Assembly: GCA_030018455.1 (NCBI GenBank)
Contig: JASEFU010000007.1
Location: 27,897 to 91,896 of the forward strand
Length of the DNA stretch: 64,000 nucleotides
Direction: 5' to 3'
Origin: Dehalococcoidia bacterium
Lineage (GTDB): Bacteria; Chloroflexota; Dehalococcoidia; DSTF01; JALHUB01
Under the pieces are notes generated by a model, which did no database searches, was not told the DNA's origin, and saw nothing but the letters and a program-made list of their open reading frames with translations. Both the position numbers and the translations under genes were made by a program. Positions 17,629 through 28,000 of this stretch are shown in pieces; the first letter of the stretch is position 1, and every line of letters begins with the position of its first letter.

Positions 17629-17659
17629 CTAGCAGGCGGCCGTAGGGGCCGCCTGCTAG
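17629..17659. other. Perfect 13-bp-stem hairpin overlapping the usp stop codon
   Basis: CTAGCAGGCGGCC-gtagg-GGCCGCCTGCTAG. The TAG stop of usp (17658-17656) lies inside the 3' arm. Neither strand has a U-tract after the hairpin. Confidence 0.8.
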
Positions 17660-18156
17660 CGCGTCGCCTGAGCTCTCGCCCGCTCGCCGCGACCGGGGAC
17701 CGGGAGCCGCTCGTACCAGTGGCGGGCTCCGACGGTCGCAGCGGGAGGAACGACCATCACCGGGCAGGCCCTGGTCTTGATGACCTCGTCAGAGACGCTA
17801 CCCTGGAAGAGGCGCCTGAGCCCCTTCTTCCCGTGCGTCGCCATCACGATCAGGTCGATCTCCTGCGCCTTGGCGATGGCAACCAGCTCCTTTGCAGCGT
17901 TGTCGGTGTGCTGGACCAGGCACTGAGTCTTCTCCACCGGCAGCTCCCAGCGCGTGACCAGGTCGTGGAGGTACTCCCTCGTCTCACCCACGATCTTCAC
18001 GACGTCGGGGTCGTATCGGTAGGGGCTGAAGGCGTCAATCACCTCGACCAGCCGGACCAGGTAGATGTCGGCACCCAGGGACTCGGCCATCCTCGCCGCC
18101 AGGGGTACCGCCTCCTCGCACTCTCTCGTTCCGTCGACCGGTACCAGGATACGCAT
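17656..18156 (-). CDS. Universal stress protein (UspA family)
   Basis: Track ORF 17656..18288. I prefer ATG 18156 (MRILVPVDGTRECEEAV...), which is preceded by GGGGGGAAAG. The C-terminal ATP-binding-type motif is VMATHGKKGLRRLFQGSVSDEVI. Confidence 0.8.
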   Translation of the reverse strand: MRILVPVDGTRECEEAVPLAARMAESLGADIYLVRLVEVIDAFSPYRYDPDVVKIVGETREYLHDLVTRWELPVEKTQCLVQHTDNAAKELVAIAKAQEIDLIVMATHGKKGLRRLFQGSVSDEVIKTRACPVMVVPPAATVGARHWYERLPVPGRGERARAQATR

Positions 18157-18450
18157 CGTCTTTCCCCCCTTTCCCTCGAACGTCTGCTCTTCGTGACCGG
18201 TTGTTCTTTCTTTCAGCAGTGCCATCGTCCCGTTCCTTTCCGTTCCCGTTTCCAGCTTCAGAATAGCCCCGGGCCAAAATGCTGCCATCTGAGATAAGGC
18301 GAATCTTTGAACTAGAGATGTACCTAGCGCTTGCTGGCCCGCTAAGCGAAATCAACTAGGTCTCCGGTGTTCTCGCTCGGCGAAATCCCCGTGTTGTGCC
18401 GCTTTCCAAAGTGGTATCCTGTTGTCAGCGAGGCAAAGGGAGGAAGTTAC

Positions 18451-19116
18451 GTGGAAAAGATTCGCGTTCTGCTTGCCGAGGACCATGTGGTAGTGCGCGA
18501 AGGGACCCGAGAGTTGATACAGCGGGAGCCCGACATGGAGGTCGTGGCGGAAGCGGGAGACGGTGAGGAGGCGGTCGAGCTCTCAAAGCGCTCCCGGCCC
18601 GACGTCGTCATCATGGACATCGCAATGCCCAAAGTGAACGGCATCGAAGCGACGAAGCTGATCAAACAGGAGCTTCCCACAACCGCCGTCCTGATCCTCA
18701 CCGCCTACGACAACGAGCAGTACATCTTTGCCCTGCTGGAAGCGGGGGCGGCTGGCTACTTGCTGAAGAACGTTCGTCGCAGCGAGCTCATAAATGCCGT
18801 TCGCGCCGTGCAGAGAGGGGAGTCGGTGCTTCACCCCCAGATAGCGCGCAAAGTCGTGGAGCGTTTCCGGGATGCTCGCGGCCCCATCGTCGCTGAAGAG
18901 CCAGGGAGGGAAGTCCTCAGCGAGCGCGAGCTGGAAGTGCTGCGGCTGGCGGGCAAGGGAAAGAGCAACAAGGATATCGCGGGCGACCTCTCGCTGAGCA
19001 TTCGCACCGTCCAGGCCCATCTCGGCAACATCTTCAACAAGCTGGGCGTCGGCTCCCGCACGGAAGCCGTCCTCCTCGCGCTGAAAAAGGGCTGGCTTAC
19101 CCTGGACGAAGACTGA
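18451..19116 (+). CDS. Response regulator, NarL/LuxR (FixJ) family
   Basis: Track ORF 18367..19116. I prefer GTG 18451, which follows AAAGGGAGGAAG. The receiver domain shows RVLLAEDH...VVIMDIAMP...LTAY. The C-terminal HTH is LSERELEVLRLAGKGKSNKDIAGDLSLSIRTVQAHLGNIFNKLGV. Confidence 0.85.
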   Translation: MEKIRVLLAEDHVVVREGTRELIQREPDMEVVAEAGDGEEAVELSKRSRPDVVIMDIAMPKVNGIEATKLIKQELPTTAVLILTAYDNEQYIFALLEAGAAGYLLKNVRRSELINAVRAVQRGESVLHPQIARKVVERFRDARGPIVAEEPGREVLSERELEVLRLAGKGKSNKDIAGDLSLSIRTVQAHLGNIFNKLGVGSRTEAVLLALKKGWLTLDED

Positions 19117-19136
19117 GAATCGGGTAGGGCAGAAGG

Positions 19137-21200
19137 GTGCCGACCACTCCGATGTTTAGAACCGCCAGGATGCTCATCGGCAGCAAGCACTTCTACATCG
19201 TCGCGTGCATGCTGTTGATCGTCACCATCCTCCAGTACCCGCAGCAACTCCTGTTCATCGGCGACCGCGCGCCGGAATCATTGCTGGGGACGGAGAGACA
19301 TGCCCTCGAGCGCGTGCTCTTCCTGCTGCCCATCATGTATGCCGGCGTTGTCTTCGGGATGCGCGCCGGCATGTTCGTGACCTTCGTGTCCGTAGCCATC
19401 ATGCTTCCCCGTGATATCTGGATATCCGAATACCGTGTCGATGCCTCCCTCGAGACGGCAGGTATCGCTGTCTTCGGGGTCCTCGTCAACATCTGGTTTG
19501 AATCCTACCAGCAGGAACACAGGCGGCGGGAGAGGGCTCTTTCCCATCTTATGGCAGCTCAGGAGCAACTCGAATCGCAGCTTGAGACCATAAGAAAGAG
19601 GGAGGCCGAGCTGGCGGCAATCAACAGCGTTTCCGTCATCGTCTCCGAGTCGCTGGAGATAGGCGAGATACTGGCGCGCGCGGCATCGAAGATCAGAGAG
19701 GTGATGGACGTTGATATCTTCCTGGCCTTCCTCCGCCACGAAGAGACGGGTGACCTGGTACTGGAGCGGCAGGAAGGCCTATCGCCGAAGGTAACAGCCG
19801 AATTCCATGGGCTGGCGCTGGGCGAAGGGTTGAACGGGCAGGTTGCCCTGACCGGCGAACCACTTCTCATCGGGGGACCGGGCGCCAGCCGGGTACTCCG
19901 GGAACGGTCCGCGGCGGAGGAATCGATAGCCGTAGGAATCATCGTCCCCATCAAATCGAAAGGGAAAGTGCTGGGAACGTTCGCAGTCGGGAGCAACCGA
20001 TTCCGTCGTTTCCCCAAGCGCGAAGTCGACCTCCTGCTTGCCCTGGGGAACGTCATCGGCGTCGCCCTGGAGAACGCGCGCCTCTACCAGAAGCAGAGGG
20101 AGACGGCCGACGCCCTGCGAAGCTCCGAAAAGGCCTATCGCGAGCTCTTCGAGAACGCTCACGACGCCATAATAATCCAGGACCTGGAAGGCAACATCGT
20201 GATGACCAACGCCGCCGGCATCAGGCTCGGAGCCTACACCGAGGACGAGTTGACTGCCAAGAACGTGCGCGAATTCCTGACCCCGGAAGGGATGAAGGTG
20301 GCGAGGGAGGTCAAGCGGCGCCTTCTTCGGGGAGAAGTAATCGACAAAGCGTATGACCAGCAGTTCATCCGCAAGGACGGCTCGCTGGCCTACGTCAAGC
20401 TCACCACAAGCCTCATCACCGACGGCGAGCGCCCCCGCGGCTTTCAGCACATAGCTCGCGACGTCACCGAAGAAAAGCGCCTGGAGGAGAACCTGCGGTT
20501 CTATCTGCAGGAGGCGACAAGGGCGCAGGAAGAGGAGCGAAAGCGCATCGCCCGCGAGTTGCATGACGATACGGCCCAGGAGCTGGTGGCCCTATCGCGC
20601 GAGCTGGACAGGCTGGCCTCCATCGAAAAGTCGCCGCGTGCGCTCCGCAAGGTGGAAGAAATACAGGACCGCATCGATGAAATTCTGGACGGGGTGCGTC
20701 GCTTCAGCCAGGACCTTCGCCCCTCGGTGCTCGACGACCTGGGCCTGCTGCCGGCGCTGCAATGGCTGACCGCCGACATGCAGAAGCGGTCCGGTATCAG
20801 CGTCGATATGAAAGTGACGGGGAAGGAGCGCCGCCTGTTGCCGGAGGTGGAGCTGCTCGCGTTCCGGATCGCGCAGGAAGCGCTGCGGAACGTCTGGAAG
20901 CACTCCGAGGCGACGCACGCCCACCTCCTCGTGGAATTCCGGAGGAGCTCCGTGAGAATCTCCGTAAGCGACGACGGCAAAGGCTTTAGCATCCCCGAAA
21001 GAACGGGCGATCTCGCCAAGCAGGGCAAACTTGGGCTGGCGGGCATGGAAGAGAGGGCGCGCCTCCTCGGAGGCCGCCTGGAGCTGAAATCACGTCCCGG
21101 CGAGGGCGCAGTCGTCACCGTAGAAATGCCGGTGGAAGCGCACGAGCGGGAGCGGCGCGTCGAGTCGGGCGTGGAAAAGGGCGCCCGTTCCGCTTCCTAG
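19137..21200 (+). CDS. Membrane-bound sensor histidine kinase (TM region - GAF - PAS - HisKA_3 - HATPase_c)
   Basis: 687 aa. It has about 4 N-terminal TM helices, a GAF-like segment (LNGQVALTGEPLLI...), a PAS segment (YRELFENAHDAIIIQDLEGNIV), the HisKA_3 H-box RIARELHDDTAQEL, and ATPase N/G boxes (EALRNVWKHS, DDGKGF, GLAGMEERA). The start (19137 or ATG 19152) is uncertain. Confidence 0.85.
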   Translation: MPTTPMFRTARMLIGSKHFYIVACMLLIVTILQYPQQLLFIGDRAPESLLGTERHALERVLFLLPIMYAGVVFGMRAGMFVTFVSVAIMLPRDIWISEYRVDASLETAGIAVFGVLVNIWFESYQQEHRRRERALSHLMAAQEQLESQLETIRKREAELAAINSVSVIVSESLEIGEILARAASKIREVMDVDIFLAFLRHEETGDLVLERQEGLSPKVTAEFHGLALGEGLNGQVALTGEPLLIGGPGASRVLRERSAAEESIAVGIIVPIKSKGKVLGTFAVGSNRFRRFPKREVDLLLALGNVIGVALENARLYQKQRETADALRSSEKAYRELFENAHDAIIIQDLEGNIVMTNAAGIRLGAYTEDELTAKNVREFLTPEGMKVAREVKRRLLRGEVIDKAYDQQFIRKDGSLAYVKLTTSLITDGERPRGFQHIARDVTEEKRLEENLRFYLQEATRAQEEERKRIARELHDDTAQELVALSRELDRLASIEKSPRALRKVEEIQDRIDEILDGVRRFSQDLRPSVLDDLGLLPALQWLTADMQKRSGISVDMKVTGKERRLLPEVELLAFRIAQEALRNVWKHSEATHAHLLVEFRRSSVRISVSDDGKGFSIPERTGDLAKQGKLGLAGMEERARLLGGRLELKSRPGEGAVVTVEMPVEAHERERRVESGVEKGARSAS

Positions 21201-21305
21201 CTGCCCCCCTTGATTGAGTCGCCCCGGCGATAAATTGCCGGAGCATCCCGACGGCCTTTTCCCACCGTTGTTCCCAGGCCCCTCGCTCAACTGTCCAAGA
21301 GAGGT

Positions 21306-22088
21306 TTAGGACTCTATGCGCTCAGGCACCGTGTAGACGTGCATCGAATGGCCGCGGACGTAGCCGACGAGGGTGACGTTCCAGGAGCGGGCGAGATGCG
21401 TCGCTAAACCGGTGGGCGAGTTGCGAGAGATAACGATGGGCGTCTCCATGCGCGCGGCCTTGGCCAGCATCTCTGTTGAAATGCGGCCGGTGCTGACGAG
21501 AAGGCGGTCGCGGGTGGAGACTCCAGTCGCCAGGGATGCTCCGGCGATCTTATCGAGAGTGTTGTGACGTCCAACGTCGTGCGCTGCCAGCAGCAGGCGC
21601 TCCCCATCGCTGAGGGCGGCGCTGTGGAAGCCCCCCACATCGCGGTGGAGGCCGGCGTTCAGCGCGAGAAGTTGCCCCATCGCGTCGTAGACCTGAGCGG
21701 GGGTGACAGTGCGCGTCGACTGCAGTGGTTCCCGGGTGGCGGCAATGTCCCAGAAGGTGAGACCGCCGCTGCACCCGCTGGTCAGCGTGGGCCGGGACGG
21801 CAGGGGCGTGTCATGCGCGAGCCGGATCTCGACCAGGACCTGAAGGTCATCCTCGCCGCCCAGGACCTTTAGCTCTGTCACGTCATCGATAGAGCTGATA
21901 ACGCCGGCATTGAACAGAAAGCCGATAGCCAGATGGTCGATCTCGGTGGGGGTGCAGAGAAAAGTCACCCACTTCTGATCGTTCACCACAAGCGAGCAGG
22001 CAGCCTCACCTATCATGCGCTTGTGCTCGACTTCGCGCTGCTCTCCTTGATAGCGAAGATAGGTAAAGCCGTTACGTATTACCAGCAT
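21306..22088 (-). CDS. fdhD: Formate dehydrogenase accessory sulfurtransferase FdhD
   Basis: 260 aa. It shows FdhD-like sequence (EIDHLAIGFLFNAGVI..., GCSGG..., HNTLDKIAG...GRISTEML) and is the last gene of the fdh operon. Confidence 0.8.
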   Translation of the reverse strand: MLVIRNGFTYLRYQGEQREVEHKRMIGEAACSLVVNDQKWVTFLCTPTEIDHLAIGFLFNAGVISSIDDVTELKVLGGEDDLQVLVEIRLAHDTPLPSRPTLTSGCSGGLTFWDIAATREPLQSTRTVTPAQVYDAMGQLLALNAGLHRDVGGFHSAALSDGERLLLAAHDVGRHNTLDKIAGASLATGVSTRDRLLVSTGRISTEMLAKAARMETPIVISRNSPTGLATHLARSWNVTLVGYVRGHSMHVYTVPERIES

Positions 22089-22089
22089 T

Positions 22090-22932
22090 TCAACCTGCTT
22101 TGTACCCTGCCTTCTGCGCCGCGAAGTCCATCCCGATCGTCAGCACGCGCTCGACGGGTAGCAACCGCTCTCCCTTAGCCTCGCGAAGATCGATCGTCTT
22201 CAGGTAGCGCTGGCAGCGGTCGCATACGCTAAGCCGGTAGACCCTGTCGTCGCTGGGGTAGTAGCCGAGGGTCGCCGGCTCGGCGTTGCGACAGAACGGA
22301 CAGGCGACCCGCACGTAGCCCCACTCGAAGTCGCAGCGTGAACAGAGAAGACGCCTCCGCCCGGAGTTTCGCTCCAGCGCCGCCAGGTCGGGCTCCCCGC
22401 CGCAGATAGGGCAGCGTTCGCGGTACCAGAGGCTGTCGTTGATGACCTCCGAGTACTCCTCGGCAACCGGGCGCAGGAAAGGGCGCAGCGAGTTGTTAAA
22501 AATGAAAGAGAGGAGGTTCGACTCCAGCCCTGTCTCTTCGCCTCTGCGGACGTGGCCCTCTCGCAGATAGTCTTTGGCCAACTGTTCGATCTCGTCGGTA
22601 TGCTCACGAAGCCAGGCGTGGATGCGCGCCAGCGGCTTCACGAGCTCGCGCCGGCATTGCGCCAGGGTGAAACCGACCCGGCTGCAGAGGTCGGCGAAGG
22701 CCTTGGGGTCGATCCGCAGCGTCTCCGGCGACAGCAGCGGTTCGCCCTGGCTAAGGCGGGCCACTGCCTCCTTGCGCTCCAGAGACGAAACGCCCTCACC
22801 CGCGGCTGTCGCGGCCTGCGCTTCTACTATCTTTGCGTACAGGTCTATCGTCTCGGCGAGTTGTGGCTGTTCCTCGGCCCCTTTCCTTAGAGCCTCCAGA
22901 ATCTCGTCATAACTAACCATTCTCAGGCTCAA
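22090..22932 (-). CDS. fdhE: Formate dehydrogenase accessory protein FdhE
   Basis: 280 aa. It has four CxxC pairs typical of FdhE: CPICGG, CSRCDFEW, CPFCRN and CDRCQRYLK. Confidence 0.8.
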   Translation of the reverse strand: MSLRMVSYDEILEALRKGAEEQPQLAETIDLYAKIVEAQAATAAGEGVSSLERKEAVARLSQGEPLLSPETLRIDPKAFADLCSRVGFTLAQCRRELVKPLARIHAWLREHTDEIEQLAKDYLREGHVRRGEETGLESNLLSFIFNNSLRPFLRPVAEEYSEVINDSLWYRERCPICGGEPDLAALERNSGRRRLLCSRCDFEWGYVRVACPFCRNAEPATLGYYPSDDRVYRLSVCDRCQRYLKTIDLREAKGERLLPVERVLTIGMDFAAQKAGYKAG

Positions 22933-24139
22933 GCTCCAGATGCACGTACGTCCCGGTTGCCTCCGATGTTGCCCTTATTCCACTTTGCGCTGCTGCGCCC
23001 TCTTGGATCAAGTGCTCCTTCGGGAACAGCGGCAGGAAGCGCGCCACAAGGCTGTAGGCCAGCACGCCGGCGGAGACTATCGATATCGTGATCACGAACT
23101 CGAGCACATGCGGCAAATAGAACGCGCCCTCGGGCCTCTCGAGGCCGATGAGGCTGACGTTGAACCGGTTTAGCACGACCCCCGCGATGACCATCGTCGC
23201 CACGCCGAACAGCCATCCCGAGCTCTGCCTCACGCTGGGCAGCAGGATGAGAGCGCCGGGAACGACGACTCCTCCGATGATCTCCAGCCAGAAGATGGCC
23301 GAAGACAGGTTGGCCTTGAACAGGAGGTCGGCATCTCCCGCGACCGCGATGTCAATGAACTTCATCGGCAGGTAGACAGCGAACGCCAGCGGGATGGCCA
23401 GGGCCAGCTTGCCGAGGATGTCCGTTTCAAGCGCCCGCTTGAAGACCTTTCCGCTTATCACTGACTCGAAGATCACCATGGCCGGGCCGACCGCGACTGC
23501 GGTGAAGAAGAACATCGCCGGCAACAGCGGTGTGTACCAGAGGCCGTTGAGATTATCGGGGACGATGCTGAACAGCGATCCGAGAGAAGACTGATGGAGT
23601 GTGGAGAGAACGGTCCCCAGGATGACGAGCACGACGGTGATGTTCCGGATCAGGCGCAGCAGTGGCGACCACTGCAACTTCTCCCACACGAGCGGGCTGA
23701 ACTCCATCGCCAGGACCGCCGTGTAGAGCATCACGCACCAACCTACCTCGAACATAACTGAGTGCGGGTTCCAGAATATGATCAGGTACCAGATGCGCTC
23801 CGGGTGACCGAGGTCTACCAGCAGCGCGAATATGACCATCAGGTAGCCCAAGAACCCGGTGAGGATTGCCGGGCGAAGAATAGGGCGGAACTCTTCGCGG
23901 CCGAAGATGTAGACGGCGGAGGCGGTTACGAAGGCGCCTGCTGCCAGCGCCACGCCGCACAGCAGGTCGAAGCTGATCCACAGTCCCCAGGGGTAGTCGT
24001 CGCTGAGGTTACTGATCGCTCCGATGCCGTAGGCGTAGCGGACGATCGCCGTAACCAGGCCGAGGCCTATCAGCCCCAGGAGGATAAGGTGACCCGGCGT
24101 GAATAACGTACGGACCAGACTCTGCTCCCTGACGCTCAT
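22913..24139 (-). CDS. NrfD/PsrC/HybB-type integral membrane quinone-interacting subunit of the formate dehydrogenase module
   Basis: 408 aa with about 10 TM helices. NrfD-family features include YPWGLWISFDLLCGVALAAG and HPERIWYLI..NPHSVMFEV. It sits directly downstream of the FeS subunit. Confidence 0.75.
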   Translation of the reverse strand: MSVREQSLVRTLFTPGHLILLGLIGLGLVTAIVRYAYGIGAISNLSDDYPWGLWISFDLLCGVALAAGAFVTASAVYIFGREEFRPILRPAILTGFLGYLMVIFALLVDLGHPERIWYLIIFWNPHSVMFEVGWCVMLYTAVLAMEFSPLVWEKLQWSPLLRLIRNITVVLVILGTVLSTLHQSSLGSLFSIVPDNLNGLWYTPLLPAMFFFTAVAVGPAMVIFESVISGKVFKRALETDILGKLALAIPLAFAVYLPMKFIDIAVAGDADLLFKANLSSAIFWLEIIGGVVVPGALILLPSVRQSSGWLFGVATMVIAGVVLNRFNVSLIGLERPEGAFYLPHVLEFVITISIVSAGVLAYSLVARFLPLFPKEHLIQEGAAAQSGIRATSEATGTYVHLELEPENG

Positions 24140-24142
24140 TGA

Positions 24143-24961
24143 CTAATCCTCCTTCCCGCCGCTATCCGTTTTCTTCCCGCTCATCATGGCGTTTCGCCGC
24201 CCGAACACCCACCAGAGGCCGGCGAGGATGCCGGCCCAGGTAACGGCGACGATCGGCGTGCTCTTCATGATCGTCTCGCTCACGTCGGGTATCGCCTCTT
24301 CACGCACAGTGGGAAGCCCCATCATGTCGAAAGGAATGTGCGAGATATAGAGGACGGTGGTCCCTCCAGCGTCCTTCAAACCGTATATGCCCTGGTCCTT
24401 GTAGTACTTCTCGGGATTCTTGGCCAGGCGCTCTTCAGCGAGAGCGACCATCTCCTCGTGGGTGCCGAAGCTCAAAGCGCCCGAGGGGCACGTCTTGACG
24501 CAGGCAGGCTCCAGGCCGTTGCTTATGCGGTCGATGCAGAGGTTGCATTTGCGGATCTTCGTGCCGCCGTCGAAGAGTCCTTCATCCCAGGTGAACGTCG
24601 GGATGTTGAAGGGGCAGGCGACCATGCAGTAGCGGCAGCCGATACACTTCCCTCCGTCCCAGGTGACGGGGCCGTCGTTCTGCTTTTTCAGCGCCCCCAC
24701 GGGGCACGCCGAGACGCAGGCCGGGTGCTCGCAGTGCATGCAGCGGCGGTTAAGGAAGCTCCACTTCAGCTCGCCGTCAACCTCGACCTCTTTGAAATCG
24801 ATTATGAGCCAGGTGTTGGCGTTGAGAGAGGGCGGGTTGGTATACTCGCCGCTCTGGTGGGTTTCTTCTCCCGGTAAGTCGTTCCACTGCTTGCACGCTA
24901 CCTGGCAACCGCGGCAGCCGGTGCACCTCGTTTCATCGACCAGGAGTCCGTACTTTGCCAT
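24143..24961 (-). CDS. fdhB: Formate dehydrogenase iron-sulfur (beta) subunit, FdnH-like, with C-terminal TM anchor
   Basis: 272 aa. It has four ferredoxin-type clusters (CTGCRGCQVACK, CMHCEHPACVSACP, CIGCRYCMVACP, CNLC...CVKTCP) and the C-terminal helix IVAVTWAGILAGLWWVFG. Confidence 0.85.
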   Translation of the reverse strand: MAKYGLLVDETRCTGCRGCQVACKQWNDLPGEETHQSGEYTNPPSLNANTWLIIDFKEVEVDGELKWSFLNRRCMHCEHPACVSACPVGALKKQNDGPVTWDGGKCIGCRYCMVACPFNIPTFTWDEGLFDGGTKIRKCNLCIDRISNGLEPACVKTCPSGALSFGTHEEMVALAEERLAKNPEKYYKDQGIYGLKDAGGTTVLYISHIPFDMMGLPTVREEAIPDVSETIMKSTPIVAVTWAGILAGLWWVFGRRNAMMSGKKTDSGGKED

Positions 24962-25000
24962 TTGAGCCCTCCATCCTTCCGGAAACGCCTGCCGCTATCC

Positions 25001-28000
25001 CTAGGCCTTCCTCACGTCGACGAGGAACGCCTTGTACTCCGGTATCATTGTGTTCGCGTCGCCGACGTGTGGCGTCAGCTCGTTAGCCGATGGGCCGGTG
25101 GCGATGCCCTGCCAGCCCCAGTGCCAGGGCATGCCGACCTCGTGGACGACCTTGCCGTCGATCATCATCGGCTTCCAGCGGGCGGTCACCATGGCGACCA
25201 TCTCGATCTCCCCGCGGGCCGAGCTTACGATGACCTTGTCGCCGTTCTTTATTCCCTTCTCCTCCGCCAGTTCCTTGCTTATCTCGAGGAACATCTCCGG
25301 TTGGGTCTCGGCGAGCCACGGCAGCGTGCGGGACATGGCGCCCGCCTGCCAGTGCTCGACGAGACGGTAGGTGCTGCAGATGATCGGGTACTTATCCGGG
25401 GTGCCTACGGCGTCGCCGATTTCCGCATCCTTATCCGTATCCCAGATCTTGATCGTCGGGTTGGTCTGGACACTGGACACAGGGTTGGCGACGGGCGATT
25501 CCAGCGCCTCGTAGTGTTCGGGGAAGGGGCCGTCGACGCAGCCGGCGGTAGCGAACAGGCCGCCCTTGCCGTCGGGCCGCATGATAAACGGGTCGGTCCC
25601 CGACTGGGCGGCGAGGCCCGTCTTCGCCGGGTCGGCCTTCGCGGTCGGCTTCTTCGTCGGCGCGTAGTCCGGCACGTCGTAGCCCACCCACTTGCCGAGG
25701 ACGGGGTTGCCCTGGGCGTCCTTCGTCCCCGAGTCGGCCTCGGGGTCCCACCAGATGACCTTCTTCTCTTCCGACCAGGGTGTGCCGTCGGGGCGGGCGG
25801 AGGCGCGGTTGTAGAGTATGCGGCGGTTGGCGGGCCAGGTGAAGCCCCAGTAGGGGTAGAAGCCCATCTCGCCGGGGTCTTTTTGGCCGCGGCGCTTGGC
25901 TGCGGGCATCTTGTTGCCGTCGCCGTCGTCCGCGTCAGCGAAGTAACCGGAGAATATCCAGCACCCGCAGGCAATTGCGCCGGGTTCGGCGGCGCTGGCG
26001 ATCGTCGCGAAGCCGGGGATGAGCTTTCCTTTCTCCACCAGCACCTTGCCTGTCGAGTCCTTCACGTCCTCGAGAGCATAGCCGTTTATCTCCTGCGCCA
26101 CCTTCTCCACGTCCGGCGGGTCGCCGTAGTCCCAAACGAGGTCGAGTATCGGCCGGTCTTTTGCCTCCGTCGAGCCCTTATAGAGCTCCTTGAGGGCGTT
26201 CGCGAGTTGCGTGAGGATCCAGAGGTCCTCCTTCGCCTCGCCGGGGACGTTGGCTATTTTGGGCCGCCACTGGATGCGCCGTCCGCTGGTGGCGATGCTC
26301 CCCGCTTTCTCTACAGCGTCCGCCGCCGGCAACACGAAGACCTCGGTCTGGATGTCGGCGGGGTTGGCCTCGGGGCCGCGCCAGAAGCACGCCGTCTCCG
26401 TCTCGAAGAGGTCGGCGACGACGAGCCAGTCAAGCTTCTCCAGCGCTTTGCGCTCCAGCCGGGCGTTGGGGCCACCGACCGCCGGGTTTTGCCCCATCGC
26501 GAAGCAGCCCTTTATCTTCCCGGCGTACATGGCCTCGAATAGCGCAATCCAGGAGTAGTTTCCGCTCCTCTTGGGGAGGTAGTCGTAGGCGTAGCCGTTC
26601 TCCTTAGTCGCGGCAGCCCCGAACCAGGCCTTCATCATGCTGGCGAAGAACTTGGGGCCGTTGTCCCAGTAGCTCGTCTTGGCGAACGTCTTTGAGTAGG
26701 CCGCGTAGTCCACGTCCTTGTCTGTGGGGCTGGCGAGATACGCGGGCAGGAGGTGGAAGAGGAGCCCCATGTCGGTGGAGCCCTGCACGTTGGACTCGCC
26801 GCGGAGGGCGTTCACGCCGCCGCCGGGCATTCCGATGTTGCCCAGCAAAAGCTGTATCATCGCCATGGCGCGCACGTTCTGGGTACCCACCGTGTGCTGC
26901 GTCTGGCCCATCGCGTAGTAGATCGTCCCGCTCTTGTCGACGGCGCCGGTCGCGGAGTACATCTCCGCCACCTGCAGGAACTTGTCCTGCGGCGTGCCGC
27001 ACACGCGCTCGACCATCTCCGGCGTGTAGCGCGAGTAGTGTCTTGTCAGGTGCGCGAACACGCAGTTGGGGTCGTCGAGGCTCGTCGCCTGCTTGATGAC
27101 GCTGACCTCTTTCTGGACGTCCCGCTCCACTCCGGTCTCGGGATCCTTCTCCTTCACCGTGACGGTCTTCTTCTCTGTCTGGTACTGCCAGCTCTTGGTG
27201 TCGTAGCTGCGCTTCTCGGCGTCATAGCCGGAGAAGAGGCCGTCCAGGTCGGCGGGGCCCTTGAAGTCGGGGTTTATGAGGGTGAGGGCATTGGTGTAGT
27301 ACTTGACGTATTCCTCGTTGTAGAGCTTGTTCTGAATAATGTAATTCATCAAGGCGCCGAAGAAGACGATGTCCGTCCCCGAGCGGATGGGGGCGTACAG
27401 GTCGGCTGTGGCGGCCGTGCGCGTGAAGCGCGGGTCGACCACAATCAGCTTTGCACCCCGGTTGTCCCGCGCCGTGTTGATCCAGAGCATGGAGGCGGGG
27501 TGGTTCTCAGCGGGGTTGGCGCCGATTACCAGGATGCAGTCTGAGTTCTTCGCGTCCGCCCAGTCGTTGGTCATGGCACCGCGGCCAAATGAGGGGCCGA
27601 GACCGGCCACCGTGGCCGAGTGTCATATACGGGCCTGGTGTTCTAGATAGACAACCCCCAGGGCGCGCGCCAGCTTCGACGAGAGGTAGCAGTCCTCGTT
27701 GTTGTTGGCGGCGCCGCCCAGCCAGGCAAGGCCTTCGGTGCGGTTGACGGCGACATCCTTGTCTTCGACCTTGACGGTCGATACCCAGGTCTCGTCGCGC
27801 GTCTTCTTGATCCGCTCAGCGATCGCGGCTATCGTCCATTCCCAGGTCTTCGGCTCCCACGTGTCGGAGCCGGGGGCCCTGTACATGGGCTGGCGAAGCC
27901 GCAGGGGGCTCGTCGAAAGCTGGCGCACTGCGATCGACTTGGGGTCGAGGGCGCCGCGGTTCATGATGTGGTCGGGGTCGCCCTCGGAGTTGATCACGTG

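Noticed and set aside
24962-27544. Plus-strand ORFs 24962..26542 (526 aa) and 26753..27544 (263 aa)
   Set aside because: They are antisense to the well-supported fdhA gene. I recognise no motifs, and the composition (Arg/Gly/Val/Leu/Ala/Asp-rich) is the mirror of the coding strand.
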